64,000 bases of DNA. It comes from Guillardia theta CCMP2712. Lineage: Eukaryota > Protista > Cryptophyta. Of the stretch, positions 47,371 through 59,486 are shown piece by piece. The DNA is taken from NCBI RefSeq assembly GCF_000315625.1, contig NW_005434652.1, forward strand, positions 426,384 to 490,383. Direction: 5' to 3'. The notes beneath the pieces are model-generated. The model did not search any database. It had not been told where the DNA came from and worked only from the letters and a program-made list of their open reading frames with translations. A program made the position numbers and the translations under genes. How positions within the stretch are numbered: the first letter of the stretch is position 1; every line of letters starts with the position of its first letter.

Positions 47371-48743
47371 ATGATGTTTTAATGTTCCGTTCAACATCAA
47401 CCTGACAGCCATAAAGGTAAACGGCGTAGCAAAAAAATGCCAGGATTGAGGTGTACCGTGTCATGCCCAACCGTTGAACTGCCGGGCGCCCCGGGTCGAT
47501 TCGAGTCTCCTCATCATCAGTGTCCTCGTACTGATTTTTAACCTAACTTTGAGGAAAGCCTGACTCGCCTATGCAACAGTGTCACCTGCAGTGTCACCTC
47601 GTCCTGAATTTCCTGCTGCCCGGCGGGCCCCGGGCAGCCGGCGGGCCTCTGCCACCCGGCCGGGCGGCCGGGCCGGGCGCCAGTTTTGCCGGCGGTTACA
47701 GAGCAGAGGACTCGGTCAGTTTCGGTATAACTGCTGCATCGGAATTTTTAGATGTTTTTTTTTTCCGAACTTGACCCCGCCCCCAGTTTCACACCCCCTC
47801 TTTTTACAGTGTCTGGAGGGGTCTGGGCGTGGGTACTAGAAAGATACCAGGATGAACTTTACAAGAGGGGTGGGTCCAAGAAAGGGAGAAATGGGGGTGG
47901 GGTGATAACAGGGTCCATTTTTTTCAAAGTCTGTCAAGTCTCTGGATATGGGAAGGGTGGGGGTGTGTGAAGTCCTGGAATTTGAGGGGTACTCTCAGGT
48001 CAGAGGGGTGGGTGAGCAAAACGTTCATTTTGACACGGGGTGGGGTAACAGATCGGATTGAGGGCGGAATTGGACTTTGTGACACGGGTCTTAATACGTT
48101 ACATGGGGGTGGGGGTGACTTTGGTCAGTCAACAGGAGGGGTACTAAATGGGTAATAGCCGGGTACTTGTCAACATATTGCAGTTGATGCGCAGTAAATG
48201 AATGTTGGGGGTAGGGTCACTCGCGGTACAGGGGGTGGGGTGAGAGCTACACCTTTGACTACTTGAACTTTCATGCTAGCTTGTCTCTGCTGCGTATGCA
48301 GTTGCGGGATATGACGCTTTTCAGAAGCCTGTAGCGTGCCCATACCCCTCTCCTTCTTACACTTTCATCTCCACTTCCATTGCTCTCCCTTCCACTGAGT
48401 CCTCCCTGGCTCCTCCACCCGTTACATCATGACTAGTGTCTGCCAAAGCGCTCCCGGTACCGTTGTTGAACGGTCCTTTCCTTCCATGCTAGAATTTGTA
48501 GCATCGCATAGATCACGCTGCAATAAGTCAATAGAATATCAACACTGAGCACTGAGCAAGCCGAATGAAGGAACAGTACTGCGATACAGTCCCTGCCTCA
48601 TACCTTTGAAATGCTTTCGAGTTCAAAGACAACTCATGCCCTGTTTTTGTGCGAATGCTGACTTGCTGACTGGACGTTCTAAAACGCACTGATTGTAAAG
48701 CGCAGCAAGGTGCTGGTTAGCTGATGAGGACTTGATCGGGGTC

Positions 48744-51700
48744 ATGGAGCATGATGATGGGAATTCAAACAATCAAGTGGCGAGACAGCTTCTGTCGAAG
48801 AAGAAAGGGAATCGTAGATGGAAGAGTGAGGAGCTCGTGTACGACAATGACGAAGGGCGCTATGTGCAAGCGGCAAAAGCTATTTCCAAGACTGAAAAGG
48901 TAACAGTTGATTTTAAGAGGGCTCAACGACTGAGAAATTGACAGTTCCGAAAATTTTGTATAAGGAAGGTTCATCGCTTGCAGTACAACTTGCAGGTGTC
49001 TCATCTGCTGATGATGGCAAGTGCTGATTTGGCATGATCTGATTTCAAACTTGCTAGATATGGGTTTCTGTTGTCGCGTCCGCCAGCATTTTCTGCTCTT
49101 GTCTGGTAGCCGAAATGTGCGGAATATCCGCAATCGGCCCGGTGAAGTCTTTGAGTTGCAACCTTGCCCTGCTGATTTATGCCAATCATCTTCTGCAGGA
49201 GGACCAACGATGTGATTCGAGTGTAAATCCCCTCAAGTACGTCTGCACGTTCTTCTCAGTGATACTGTCAGTGCAAGTCCTCAAGTTTTATTCATGGTAC
49301 GGCTCTATTTTCTCGTGCAGCTGAGTTTTGTTTCTCAATCGTGATCCAGGCAAAGTGAAATCCATCACTTGCACAGCAATGAATGGAATCAGCCATTCCA
49401 GGGTTTTCTCAAAAATTTGAAGTACTATTGGAAGGGAGTTCTGACGGAATTGTTAATTTGTGGTGTTCATACCTTCCCTGGAGTTTCATTCGTCATGAAA
49501 GTTTCTGCTTATACGTTTGGAATTGGTCCTAGCAACGTGGAATTTCGATTTGAAAGTTTCATGGCAATCTTCTCGTTTCTGAAAATCTATCTTCTTTGGA
49601 GAATGTTCCGCATGTGGTGGTAAGGTTTCTTGTTGGGAGCGAGGGAAGGGAATGAAACTTTTGTTCAGTTTCTCTCATTACCTGTCCGAGTCGTTCTTAA
49701 ACTACATGGAAAACCCAGCGATCGACATGCGCGCCACTGATTTGCCAATGAATGCGAGAATGGCGTTGAAGGTTCACGTCATTTCTCTCTTCCTTTCCTG
49801 ACAGGAATGTCGTTCAGTTGGCGTTGCACCAATTTCCCCTCGTGACCATGTTCAGGTAGGATGGTCGTCTTGGAACGACCGAAGTTGTGATTCCTTGAAC
49901 AGCTTTATCACCGTGTTCCTCTTCGTTTCCAGCTACCTGATGCGATTGTCGGAAGGTGCTGAACAAGTTTCGGAAAAGATTCCATGAGTTACAGGTCGCA
50001 GGTCCCTTCAACAAGGATCAAGCTTTTTCTTTCCTCAACCCAATGTGGCTGGTCACGGTCACCATATCAACAACTGGTATACTGAGACGAGACTCAGCAA
50101 ATCCGCTCATCGTCTGTCGTCAGGGTATGGCGATATCGCTCCTGTGAGCTATCTTGGGCGTGCTATCGTCGTAGGAGTGATGATCATCGGAACCTTGTAC
50201 ATATCAGCTGTTACAGCAACTTTTGGGGAACATCTTTCCTTCACAAACATCGAGCAAGAGCTCATGCACAAGGTGGACACGAGGGGGAAGCTGTAGCGTA
50301 CGTTCACTGTGTCGTTGGCAGGTTGAGAACGAGCAGTGGCAGTATCGGCTCGCCGAGGCTGCTGCTAGCGTTCTTCAGGTAGTCGTGCAGGCATGCAGCC
50401 CGACCTTGCTCATGAGTCTTCTGGCAGGCAGCATTTCGGAGGAGAAAAGATGACAAGAAGTTAGCGAGCCAGCGCTTCAAGAAGGTACTTGACCCCTCCA
50501 CGTCTTTCTGCCCCTGACATGTCCAAGATGAGAGACGAGTACGCAGCGTGGTGCAAAGACAACCCGGACGTGGAGAAGCTTGACAAGCCGTTGTTCATCG
50601 CCGAGAAGATCGAGACACCCAAGAAGGAGGTAGCAGCCTCTGCCGTCTCCTCTGTCTACGGGAGCTGAAACCAGTTTCGTCTTGTCTGTCCCAGTTGTTA
50701 AGAGTGAACTCTGGGGATTTGAAATCTGTGAGGAAAATTTCTTGCCTCCCGTGCTGGTCCTGACAGGGGCTCTGCAGCTCCAAGATGGGCTAAAAGACAT
50801 GGAGAGAGTTTTTCTGACAGAAATCCACAAGGTGAGCAGGTCAGCCTGTTTGCAAGGCATCTTACAAGAGCACAGATCGTCAATATCGTCTCTGAGAATC
50901 GAGTATCCCAGGGCTCAGTTGAGAACTTTGCGATGAGGCACTCCCAGTCCTCTACCGAGTTCGTGGCACGCAACGCCAGGGCGTACCTCTCCGACTCGAA
51001 CACAGAGTTTAACAGGTCCGAGATGCTCTCGGACAACGAAGAGCCCTTGTTCGATGACAGTATCTTCTTCACCAAGATGGAGACGGTACTTGATGTTTGC
51101 AACGACGTGAATCGTTCGTGTCTCATTGCTTTCATGCCGTACTTCCCTTGAGCCAGCTTGTCGCCACTCCACTCTCCTTCTCTTCTCTATACCGTCCTCT
51201 GACTGCAACGATAGAAAATCAGCAAGATCCTGGCCTACACCAGCGACGTCGCCAACAACCGAAACCTGAGGAAATTCATCGATGCCTTGAAGCGGCATGG
51301 AAAACAAGACGTTCAGGTTGGCGATCTTCTTGGCCCTCATTTCCCTCTGACGAGGCTGCTCAGAGCAAGCGAGACATCCTGGTCAACAGCCTGGCGATGC
51401 TCGACCTCGTCAGCGTGCTCGTGCGACGGGCAGACGCGCAGAAGTAGGAGGAGGCGCGTGAGGGCAACCCTGACGTTGCTGGTCATGTGCAGGAGGAAGC
51501 TGAAGGAGCAAACGCTCATCATCGAGGCCCTCCGCGATGACTTTGAGTCCTTCGCTTCTCCCCGAGGGTCATCGAACAAGCCAGTGGAGGACAAGAGATC
51601 GAAGAGCCTCACGCTGGAAGTTCCTCACAAGCAGGCAACTCGCTTCTTTGCTCGCTGTGATGGTGTGATAACCCGACTGGACAGAAAATGGAGGAGTTCA

Positions 51701-52463
51701 AACAGAACAGTCTCTACACCACATGGTCGGAGGCCATAGCTGAGAAGGACAAAGCGGACAGGCTCGCGAAAGATCTTTCGCAGTCAAGAGTGACGAGGTT
51801 GTTCTTCAGCTGCTTCTACAACACCCTCTCATCGTACTATGGCAGGGCGAGGCGGAGTGAAGACCTATCGATGTACCAGAATTCTGGCAGGCTCAAGGAT
51901 ATGATGACAAGACCCGACAGCTACAAGAAGAAGCAGCCTGTCAGCGTCAACGCCGAACTTTGCATGGCCAGGTCCGTCCCTGAGAAGCTTTCGCCCCTGA
52001 TCCTGCCTCCACAGCGAGTTCAAGAAGACTACTTCCTCTGAAAGTCGCCGCTCGACCTCCCGCGAGAGTGGCAAGGAAGGGATTCAAGTTTGAACGGAAG
52101 CCACTCCCTCACTTGCGAGTCCCGAACAGCCCGAGGCCCGCCAGAGCTCCGCACAGAGCGTTGTCAACCTGCAGCAGGTGTGAGAGGGGTAGGTCCGATC
52201 CTCCTACCATCACCAGGCCGGGGACAGCGAGAGGGTTCCCGAGGAAGGCGGTGGCATCCCAGACGGCAGTGCAGAGGATCACTCCTGTAGCAGCCTTGGC
52301 GCTCGTCCTGCCGCATCCTCGTCATCGTCGCCGTCCTAGGGACACCCTCCGAGTCAACCTGGCGAATTCTGCGAACCTCTTGTGCTTGTGCTCTTGGATC
52401 ACCCAGTCTCCCGCTTCTTCGCCTATTAGCCCCTCATCACCCTACTTAACAAGCAAACTGTAA
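48744..52463 (+). CDS. Small-conductance Ca2+-activated K+ channel-like (SK/KCNN) protein with long C-terminal tail
   Basis: LTELLICGVHTFPG; MWLVTVTISTT|GYGDIAP filter; S6 then LSFTNIEQEL...RLAEAAASVLQ (calmodulin-binding-like). Downstream exons appear to continue in frame to ~52.0-52.5 kb; end uncertain. Confidence 0.8.
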
Positions 52464-52536
52464 ACTTGCCTTGAATCTCCTCCTCCCCTTGCTCGCTGGC
52501 AGCACATGCTGCTTCCCGCACATCCCCCGCCTGCAG

Positions 52537-53302
52537 CTACAAGTCATCGCCAGTCAGGGGCAGGACGCTATCCTGTACATTGTCACTCCTCTCTTTCAAG
52601 GTTGAAGACCTCTCGAGCAGATCGACGAGCTCTGACTTCTCCACGATCCCGTAGGTGCTGATTCCTTGGAGGTGAAGGATCCGCAAGATCTCACTTGTCT
52701 TCATCGTCCTCCCCTCCCACTTGCCATCCCTGGCCTCAACAGCATCCGGCACCTCCTGCAGTAGTTGAGATCAGCAAACGTGACTTTAGCCTTCCTTGCC
52801 CAACCTTGAAGGGCAACCTGTTGGCCTCCTCCCTAACGGCCTGACCGACGGCGAGCTTGACTGGTGCGTCCTCCACCGCCCCTGCTGAGCTCAAAACTCA
52901 TCCCCTTGGGAGCGCGTAGGAGGACTAAGGGATACCTTGCCGCTGCGTCTGATGCATCCTTTGAAACGCTTCCTTCTCCCTCTCGAACTCCTCCCTCTCC
53001 ATCCTCAAGACCTCTGCATGCTCCGACAGCGAGGCATTCAGCTCGTCCAGCCTTCTCAGCGCCGCCTTGTACTTCTCCTCCAGGGCCGAATGGATCGCAA
53101 CGCACCTCTGGTCTTCACTGGGCATAATGAGGAAGAGCACGTTTGTGAAGAGAGACGTGAAGGCAAGGGACACCAGCAGCCGCTGCCATGTCCACTTGCT
53201 GAGAAGCATCCGCCCGCTCCTGCTCGACCCGCTCCCCCGGTTGGATTGCATCGTCACTTCTCCTCCTCCCCTCCTCCTTGCTGCCTCCTTCGCCTCTGAC
53301 AC
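52537..53302 (-). CDS. Small type II membrane protein: TM + coiled coil + SAP-like motif
   Basis: LLVSLAFTSLFTNVLFLI (TM), coiled coil, then MKTSEILRILHLQGISTYGIVEKSELVDLL. Confidence 0.6.
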
Positions 53303-53696
53303 CGCAGTGTCCTCTCGCCTGTCACCTCATATCCATTCTCTCTCCTCTCCTCTCCTCTCCTCTCCTCTCCTCTCCTCTCCTCTCCCCCCGCTCTTCGACT
53401 TCAGAGTTTGCCTTGCTGCTTTCGGGAGATTTTCCCCTGATTTCGTCTTTCTTTTTTTGTTTTCTTTCTTTTTCTTTGTTTCTTTTTTTTTAAATCCCAA
53501 ATTGTGTCCCTCAACCCGCCTTATCTCGCAGTGCTGCCCTCGTACCTTTGCTATTGGATGACTAATTAATTTGGTTATAATTATTTGTGCCTTTTCGTAT
53601 CCTCCTTTGCGTACACTGAGGCGGACTTGTGCCAGACGCCAAATGCAGTGACACAATCGGGGCGCGCGGCCATGGTAGCTCACCTTCGCGATATAT

Positions 53697-53787
53697 CCTG
53701 CTCCTGCTCCTCCTGCTCCTCCTGCTCCACCTGCTCCTCCTGCTCCTCCTGCTCCTCCTGCTCCTCCTGCTCCTCCTGCTGCTCCTC
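53697..53787. repeat. (CCTGCTCCT)n 9-mer array between divergent genes
   Basis: Direct array upstream of WDR17. Confidence 0.9.
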
Positions 53788-53884
53788 CCCCTCTCACGAC
53801 TCCTTGCTTCCCGTCTTCTTGCAGACACCACCACGTGTCTTGTCTCAGCATTTCTCGATTCCACAAACCCCCACGTCGCACTAT

Positions 53885-56800
53885 ATGGACCTGAATCGCA
53901 ATGTTCTCATCTCCTGCCCGTTACCACTGACATTGACTCCATGATTCTCATCAACCTTGCAATCAGTACTCTACTTCTACTTGTCACGCCTTGTCTCATC
54001 TATCCATCTGCAGACTTCCGAGTTGTTTTTCGCATTGAGTCTTTCGTTTTTCAGAGACAATGCATGCTCATACCGGCAGGAAACCACAAGAACTACACAG
54101 GAGCAGCAACCAATGGAACCAAGGTTCGTGTCCTCTCCCTCTCTACCGTGCTGCCATCGAGTGACTATTCACCTCACTCAGTGGATAGCGTGGTGTTCCA
54201 ACCTTGCGATCTACGTAGCCGCGATCGATTCATGGCAGATCAAGCACATCATTGCGCATTACTTGAATGCGATCACCTCCTTCGAGTTCAGTCCCAACGC
54301 CGAGGACCTGCTCGTTTGTACCTCCCTTGACAACGTAGTGACGATCTGGAACGTGTCTACGGAGGAGGGCCTGTATTCATTGAAGCTCGACAGCGCTCCG
54401 CTGCAAGCCCAGTGGTGCAAGACTGAGCCTGACAAGATCTCCATCTACACAGAAAACGGGATCCTCAGGATATGGAACTTCATGGACGATGTTGTACATG
54501 TGTACAAAGATGTGAACCACAGCTCTGTAAACGTGCTTCGGTGGAGCAGCAATGTGCTAGGGGCGGCTCTGGTGTTGGCGGCAGGGCATGCAGACTCGAG
54601 CATCTCCTTTGTGGATGTGACGCAGAAGCGAGTGAAAAGGTTGAAGTGCCAGGACAAGAGCAACGGGGGCCACGAAGGGGGAGTAAACGACTTCAAGTGG
54701 GATCCACTGTCAACCTCCTATGGCATCGCCGCGTTTGGGTCAGGAACGCTGTCCCTCATCGACTATGAGAAGATGGAGCAGATCAAGACCTTTGAGAAGT
54801 CGCCAGGAGGTATCAAGTGCGTCGAATGGAACAAAAGCTCCCCGGGAACGTTCTTCACAGTCTCTGGTACACATGCTTCAATGCGCATGTGGAACGTCTC
54901 GCAGCACGTTCCCCTGCAGATCTTCAAGCTCGGGTACTACGGCTTCAGAAGCATCAGCATGCTCCCCAACGGTTCTCAGCTGCTTGTGGGAGGAGCAGAG
55001 GGGGACGTGGGGGTTTTCGACGTGAGCAAGAAGAAATGGGTTCATCAATTTGAAGTCGGTCACTCGGAGACGATTTTCGCCTGTGAGTTTGCACCCAATA
55101 ACAAGAATATCCTCGCGACAGGATCGTTCGACGGAGTGATCAAGCTCTGGGATGTCACGACGTTCCGCTGCATAGCGACGATGAAGCCGCAGGGGGGGGG
55201 AACGCTGGGGATCATCTACTCCCTGGCCTGGTCGTCCCTTCCGGACGATCATCGGATCGCCTGCTCAACCTCTCAAGGATATGTCCACATCTTCGAGACC
55301 GAGGGGAAGAGCAAGGGCGCGCTGGTCCTGCAGAGGAAGAATCACAAGGGGCTAGTGTACTGCGTGGGATGGAGCCCCCACCGGGACCTCTTAGCCTCGG
55401 GAGGAGAAGATGGATACTGCGTGCTATACCACCCCCAGCCTGACGAGTCTGCGTCGCCGAGCTGGATGGGGAAGGGACTGAAGGAACCAGTTGTCAAGAT
55501 CCATCACCCCGGCGCCATCTTCGGCTGCGACTTCAGCACGCTCCATCCCCACTGCTATCCACCACATGCCTGGACTGGGGGGTTCGGCTCTTCGACGTCC
55601 AAGACCCCGCGAACTACCAGAAGCTCAAGGAGTTCCGCCACCACTCAGCCAAGGCCTTCAGCGTCAAGTTCAGCCCCCTCGTCCCCGGCCTGCTCGCCTC
55701 AAGCTCGGACGACTGCAGAGTTGCGGTGTGGAGAGTGGAGGAGGAGAAGAAGGTGGTTGTTCTCGAGGGCCACACGAACAAGACCCGCGCCCTCTCCTGG
55801 CACTATGAGATCCCCTTCATCCTCCTCTCCGGCAGCTGGGACGGATGCATCCGCGTGTGGGACATCCGAGGGTCGGGCTCGTGCCTGCTCGTGGTCATGG
55901 ACCACCATGCTGACGTGTACGGGTTGAGCTCGCACCCTGAGCGGCCCTTCCTCTTCGCGTCCTCCTCCCGGGACACTACCCTCCGCTTCTGGTCAGCAGA
56001 GCAGCTCACACCCAGCATCCACCTCCGCGCCGTCGTCTCCAACGACTGGCGGGGGGATGGGATCGCCGGCCCGTTGCCGGCCAATCTTGAAGAGCAGGAC
56101 GCTACGTGTCTGTGTGGGTCAGGAGCCGCAAAGCTGGCGGAGCAGCTGGGGGCGTGCAAGTCTGACCTGGAGCGGTGGGCGTTGAAGTGCTCCTTTCTCC
56201 TCTTCCCCGACGGCGTCCAAGAGCTCTTCTGCATCATGGACAACAGCGAGTCGAGAGTTCCCCTCCTCGTCGACAACAGAGTCATGCATGCCAAGAGCAT
56301 CTTGCCGTGGCTGCTGAGGAAGGCGCAGGAGCTGGAGCAGGCGCGCGGAGGGTTCGCAGGCATAGGAAGGATGACACGTAACGAAGCAATGGTGAAGGCA
56401 GCGAACATTTACGCGAGGATCGGGTACATGCGGCAGTACTGCGACCTGATGGTGGAAGCTGGTGAGATCGAAAAGGCGCTGCTGGTTGCTCCTGCCGTCT
56501 CCCTCTCCTACTGGCAGGACCTTGCCAGGAAGTATGCCGGGATGATGGCGGAGCGTCAGGAGGCTGACTGTGTTCCCCTCCTTGTCGCCAGCGGACAACA
56601 CGGGAAGGCTGCGGAGTTTCTCGTTTCACACGCTGAGGATCTGGACTCCGCGCTGGCCATCGCACAGGCAAACTGCGAGCACGGGTACGAGCGGATAGCA
56701 AGAGCGATCCATGCAAGCTCGGGTCAGGAGGAGCAGGAGACTGGCAAGGCCCTTCCCACGCAGGAATCTGCAGAGGAGAGGCTTGAGATGCGGAGAGAGA

Positions 56801-58032
56801 CTGTGAAGAGCATGAAGATGAGGTGGGTTTGAAGAGCCTTCCTGTGCTGTATGGTGTTGACACGCGCCGTCCCCTCTAGGTACAAGTCCCAGGGTCAACC
56901 CGTCCTTGCAGCATGCGTGCATCTAGCGGTGACAACTCTTGTGCTCCTTGCTTGCATCCTGTTGACCCCTCCCTGCAGATCGGAGAGGACGAGGAGGCGC
57001 TGAAAGTTCTGGTGGACGCGCACGAGCTCGAGCTTGCCATCGCTCTGTGTACGCTGGTGAGGACCACGACCGAACTTCTTTACCTCCTCCATGACTACCA
57101 CCACCTAGAATCCATCGCTGCAACAAACGGATCTCGTTTTCGTTCTTGCTGCGCATCGGTTGGATCCGCTGGCCGTGCCTTGGAGGGTTGACTGGCCCTG
57201 CTGCAGGTTCGAGCAAGTGAAGGACTACGACATGGCGTTTCAGTGCCTGCAGCGATGCAAGGGCAACGAGGTAAGCCTCCCCCTTCCCTCTCCTCCCTGC
57301 CAGCTCCCTCGGGTAGGAGGAGGGGACTTGACTACTTACCATCGCGTTGATCAGAAGGAGGAGGTGGAGAGGATGATTGTGCGGTCGAGCTGTGACGATA
57401 TCGAGAAAGTATCTCCTCCCTTTCTTCTCTGTGCTTTACTCCTCCCCATCCTACTCCTATCGTCCTTTCCCTCCTCCTCTCCCCCTCCACTTCTCCGTCT
57501 CCTGCTCCCGCCCCTTCTCTCCCACCGAGGGAGCTGGAGGGGAGGAGAGAGAAGGGGGAGGCTTACTTGGTTGAGGTTGCGTCGCGGCAGGCACTGGAAC
57601 GCCATGTGGTAGTACTTGACGTGGGCGAAGCTGCAGCTGGGCGAGTCGACCCTCGAAGGCGCGGGGTGCGGATCCAGCCGATGCGCNNNNNNNNNNNNNN
57701 NNNNNNNNNNNNNNNNNNNNNNNNNNNNNNNNNNNNNNNNNNNNNNNNNNNNNNNNNNNNNNNNNNNNNNNNNNNNNNNNNNNNNNCTTCCTTCCCCTCC
57801 CTCCCTCCCCCTCCTCCCTACCCCCCTCCCTCCCATCTTGCTTCCTTCAAGCCTCGTTCACTGGTTGAGGGCAGGACGCAGCAAAGTGGGGAGAAGGTGG
57901 CGATTTCAAGGTCAGACGCCATCATGTGGCACAGGTAACTACCACTAGTTCCTCTTGTTGCGATCGTGACGCCATGGCAGGTGTTGTGTCTTCTCCCCAC
58001 TGGGGGACGGCAGTTTGTTCTGTCCGATGTAA
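53885..58032 (+). CDS. WDR17: WD repeat-containing protein 17 homologue; apparent 1-nt frameshift at ~55551 and an assembly gap; start uncertain
   Basis: LIPAG..WCSNLAIY; GHSETIFACEF..ILATGSFDGVIKLWD; HPGAIFGCDF; GHTNKTRALSWHYEIPFILLSGSWD; DHHADVYGLSSHPERPFLFASSSRDTTLRFW; APAVSLSYW; C-terminus AISRSDAIMWHR|CCVFSPLGDG. Confidence 0.9.
57687..57786. other. Assembly gap (100 N)
   Basis: Run of n characters. Confidence 1.
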
Positions 58033-58123
58033 TGAAATAGGATCTCCGTCCCTGTGTGGAGGGACGAGGGTACACAGGGGTAGATGGGGAAGGATTCATT
58101 CAGCTACCATCGTCGTTCTCCTC

Positions 58124-59125
58124 TTAGTCAAACTTGACGGCTCCGTCGTCTCTTGCCTTCAGGAGCAGCTTTGTGTGGAAGGGTGTCAGGTCCTCTGCTC
58201 CCTTCCCTTGCCGGGCCCTGGTGATGTCCAGCCAGAACTTGTTTCGCCACGAGAACTCCTTGAGTGCAGTGGGAAAGTGAGCGACAGAACGAGCGTAGGC
58301 GCACAGGCGCTCCGGCACTCCATCCTTGAACTTGATCCCTCGCTCTACCTCCAGGCACTTCTTCATCTCCTCGACCATCTTGAACACGTCCTCCTTGTGC
58401 TTGCTCTCCACCTCTCCCACCGTGATCCCGCCATGGTGTACTCCAAGGAGCATGAACGTGCAGATCCACATGTGCTTCTCGAACATGCATGCCCTGAACT
58501 CGTCCTCGTTGAGCACATTGCACGTCAGTCCTGATCCCCGGAGCCTCGCTGCAACCTGCTCCGCCCACTTGCCTGTCGCTGCCGTCAACCCCTCAGGGTT
58601 CAGGTCGGTGATCCCGTCGGTGGGCTTGTCGCCCAACTTGGCGACTGCCATGTACACAAGCACCTTGGTCGAGTCGTCGAAGACCTTCTCTTCCTTCAAG
58701 AAATCCTCGATGTAACCATTCTGACCATAGAACACCAAGTCGCCCTTTCTGCTGGGCGGGCAGGCCGAAATTACACCTTTCAAATCATCATTCCTGGTCG
58801 TCACGTAGATTGGGCCGCTGCCTTCAGCAGGGATCTTCTCTCCTCGTCTGACCACAACGTCGTCAAACCCCGATGCCTTCCCCATCTCCTTCAAAGCCGT
58901 TCCAATCCTCCCTGCCCCGATGATGGTGCAAGCACAGTCTCCGCTGGACGCCATTCTGAGAGATTGGGATCCTCCAAGAACCTCACAGCTTGTCCTCCTG
59001 AGGGGTGACAGACCAGCTGCGAGCATGCTAGAAGATCTTGCGGCCTTTGCCATGAAACTTCCAGGCATGGAGGGCGCGAATGCCATCGAGGCGCTCAACG
59101 ATCCGAGCAAGAGCAGTGCCTGCAT
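58124..59125 (-). CDS. Intronless plastid-targeted Rossmann-fold protein (ketopantoate-reductase-like, conserved in plants and algae, At1g16080-like)
   Basis: Signal peptide + ASMAFAP + Ser/Arg-rich transit peptide; IIGAGRIG; TRNDDL; EKHMWIC; ERLCAYARSVAHFPTALKEFSWRN. Confidence 0.85.
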   Translation of the reverse strand: MQALLLLGSLSASMAFAPSMPGSFMAKAARSSSMLAAGLSPLRRTSCEVLGGSQSLRMASSGDCACTIIGAGRIGTALKEMGKASGFDDVVVRRGEKIPAEGSGPIYVTTRNDDLKGVISACPPSRKGDLVFYGQNGYIEDFLKEEKVFDDSTKVLVYMAVAKLGDKPTDGITDLNPEGLTAATGKWAEQVAARLRGSGLTCNVLNEDEFRACMFEKHMWICTFMLLGVHHGGITVGEVESKHKEDVFKMVEEMKKCLEVERGIKFKDGVPERLCAYARSVAHFPTALKEFSWRNKFWLDITRARQGKGAEDLTPFHTKLLLKARDDGAVKFD

Positions 59126-59486
59126 GGCTAGGTTCGTGCCTTGATCTTTTCGGCAGGGTTACTGGACATGCATTGATTTGTATATAAAGCTGTAAAAGCA
59201 TGAAATATGTGAGGCAGAATTGCCAAATTTCCGAGAGGAAGTCACAAAATAGTTCTAAAGAATTGAACTTGAGGAAAATTACTTCCAAGGATTCTGGAAG
59301 GATCTAACTTGCGAATCCCCCTCAGATTTTTAGAAGACAGTGATAATATATATAGAAGACTTTTTTCTGTCTTTTATTCCGAGGCGGACATGTTTCACAC
59401 CTTGTTTAAGTGGGTGATGAGGGGATGAGGGTCTAAGAGTTGGTGGGATGCATGGCGGGAGCGTAGTGCCGCTTGAGGACGACTCG

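Noticed and set aside
57150-57686. About 170-nt imperfect inverted repeat (57151-57325 vs 57510-57686) inside WDR17
   Set aside because: The second arm abuts the N gap and is a noisy reverse complement of exon plus intron sequence; most likely a low-quality fold-back read at a contig end, not a real hairpin or TIR.
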